This document shows, in pieces, positions 47,330 to 47,435 of a stretch of 47,435 nt of DNA. Made by a program: the position numbers and the translations under genes. A model generated the notes under the pieces. That model worked only from the letters and a program-made list of their open reading frames with translations, had not been told where the DNA came from and did not search any database. The DNA lies in assembly GCF_001194135.2 (NCBI RefSeq), contig NC_068982.1, positions 12,595,032-12,642,466 of the forward strand, read 5' to 3'. The stretch's first letter is position 1. The number at the start of each line of letters is the position of its first letter. The DNA is from Octopus bimaculoides. Its lineage: Eukaryota.

Positions 47330-47435
47330 TATCATCATCATCACCACCACCACCAACACCATTGCCACCACCACCATCATTATCATCCTCAACACCACCA
47401 CCACCACCACCACCATTGCCACCACCACCACCACC
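47330..47435. repeat. (CAC/CAT)n trinucleotide array to window end
   Basis: Directly visible. Confidence 0.95.

Overview
AT-rich, microsatellite-dense animal genomic DNA from a draft scaffold with seven N gaps. The repeat repertoire suggests a cephalopod, most likely an Octopus species (inference, not a database result). No complete host protein-coding gene can be recognised. Nearly all long entries in the ORF track are translations of (TA)n, (CA)n, (CAT)n, (TAA)n or (CTGT)n repeats. Real coding signal is transposon-derived: an RTE-clade AP endonuclease fragment (1-317, minus), a decayed RTE reverse transcriptase (8.6-9.0 kb), three R4/Dong-like LINE fragments sitting in microsatellites, a full-length nonsense-inactivated Tc1 (DD34E) element (19757-21035), a split mariner, an internally deleted maT/rosa-like element and a Penelope GIY-YIG end. 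There are at least six SINE-like families, TTAA-flanked MITEs, a Helentron-associated-type element in head-to-tail arrangement, a full-length decayed U6 snRNA copy fused to a SINE 3' end, and two long hairpins. The most interesting layer is five minimal hammerhead-ribozyme motifs from four repeat families, all on the minus strand. Three have an intact self-complementary stem III and two have a degraded one. Two degenerate copies 11 kb apart jointly reconstruct an intact ancestral ribozyme. Candidate host exons and a promoter-like motif cluster near 16.8 kb are given at low confidence only.
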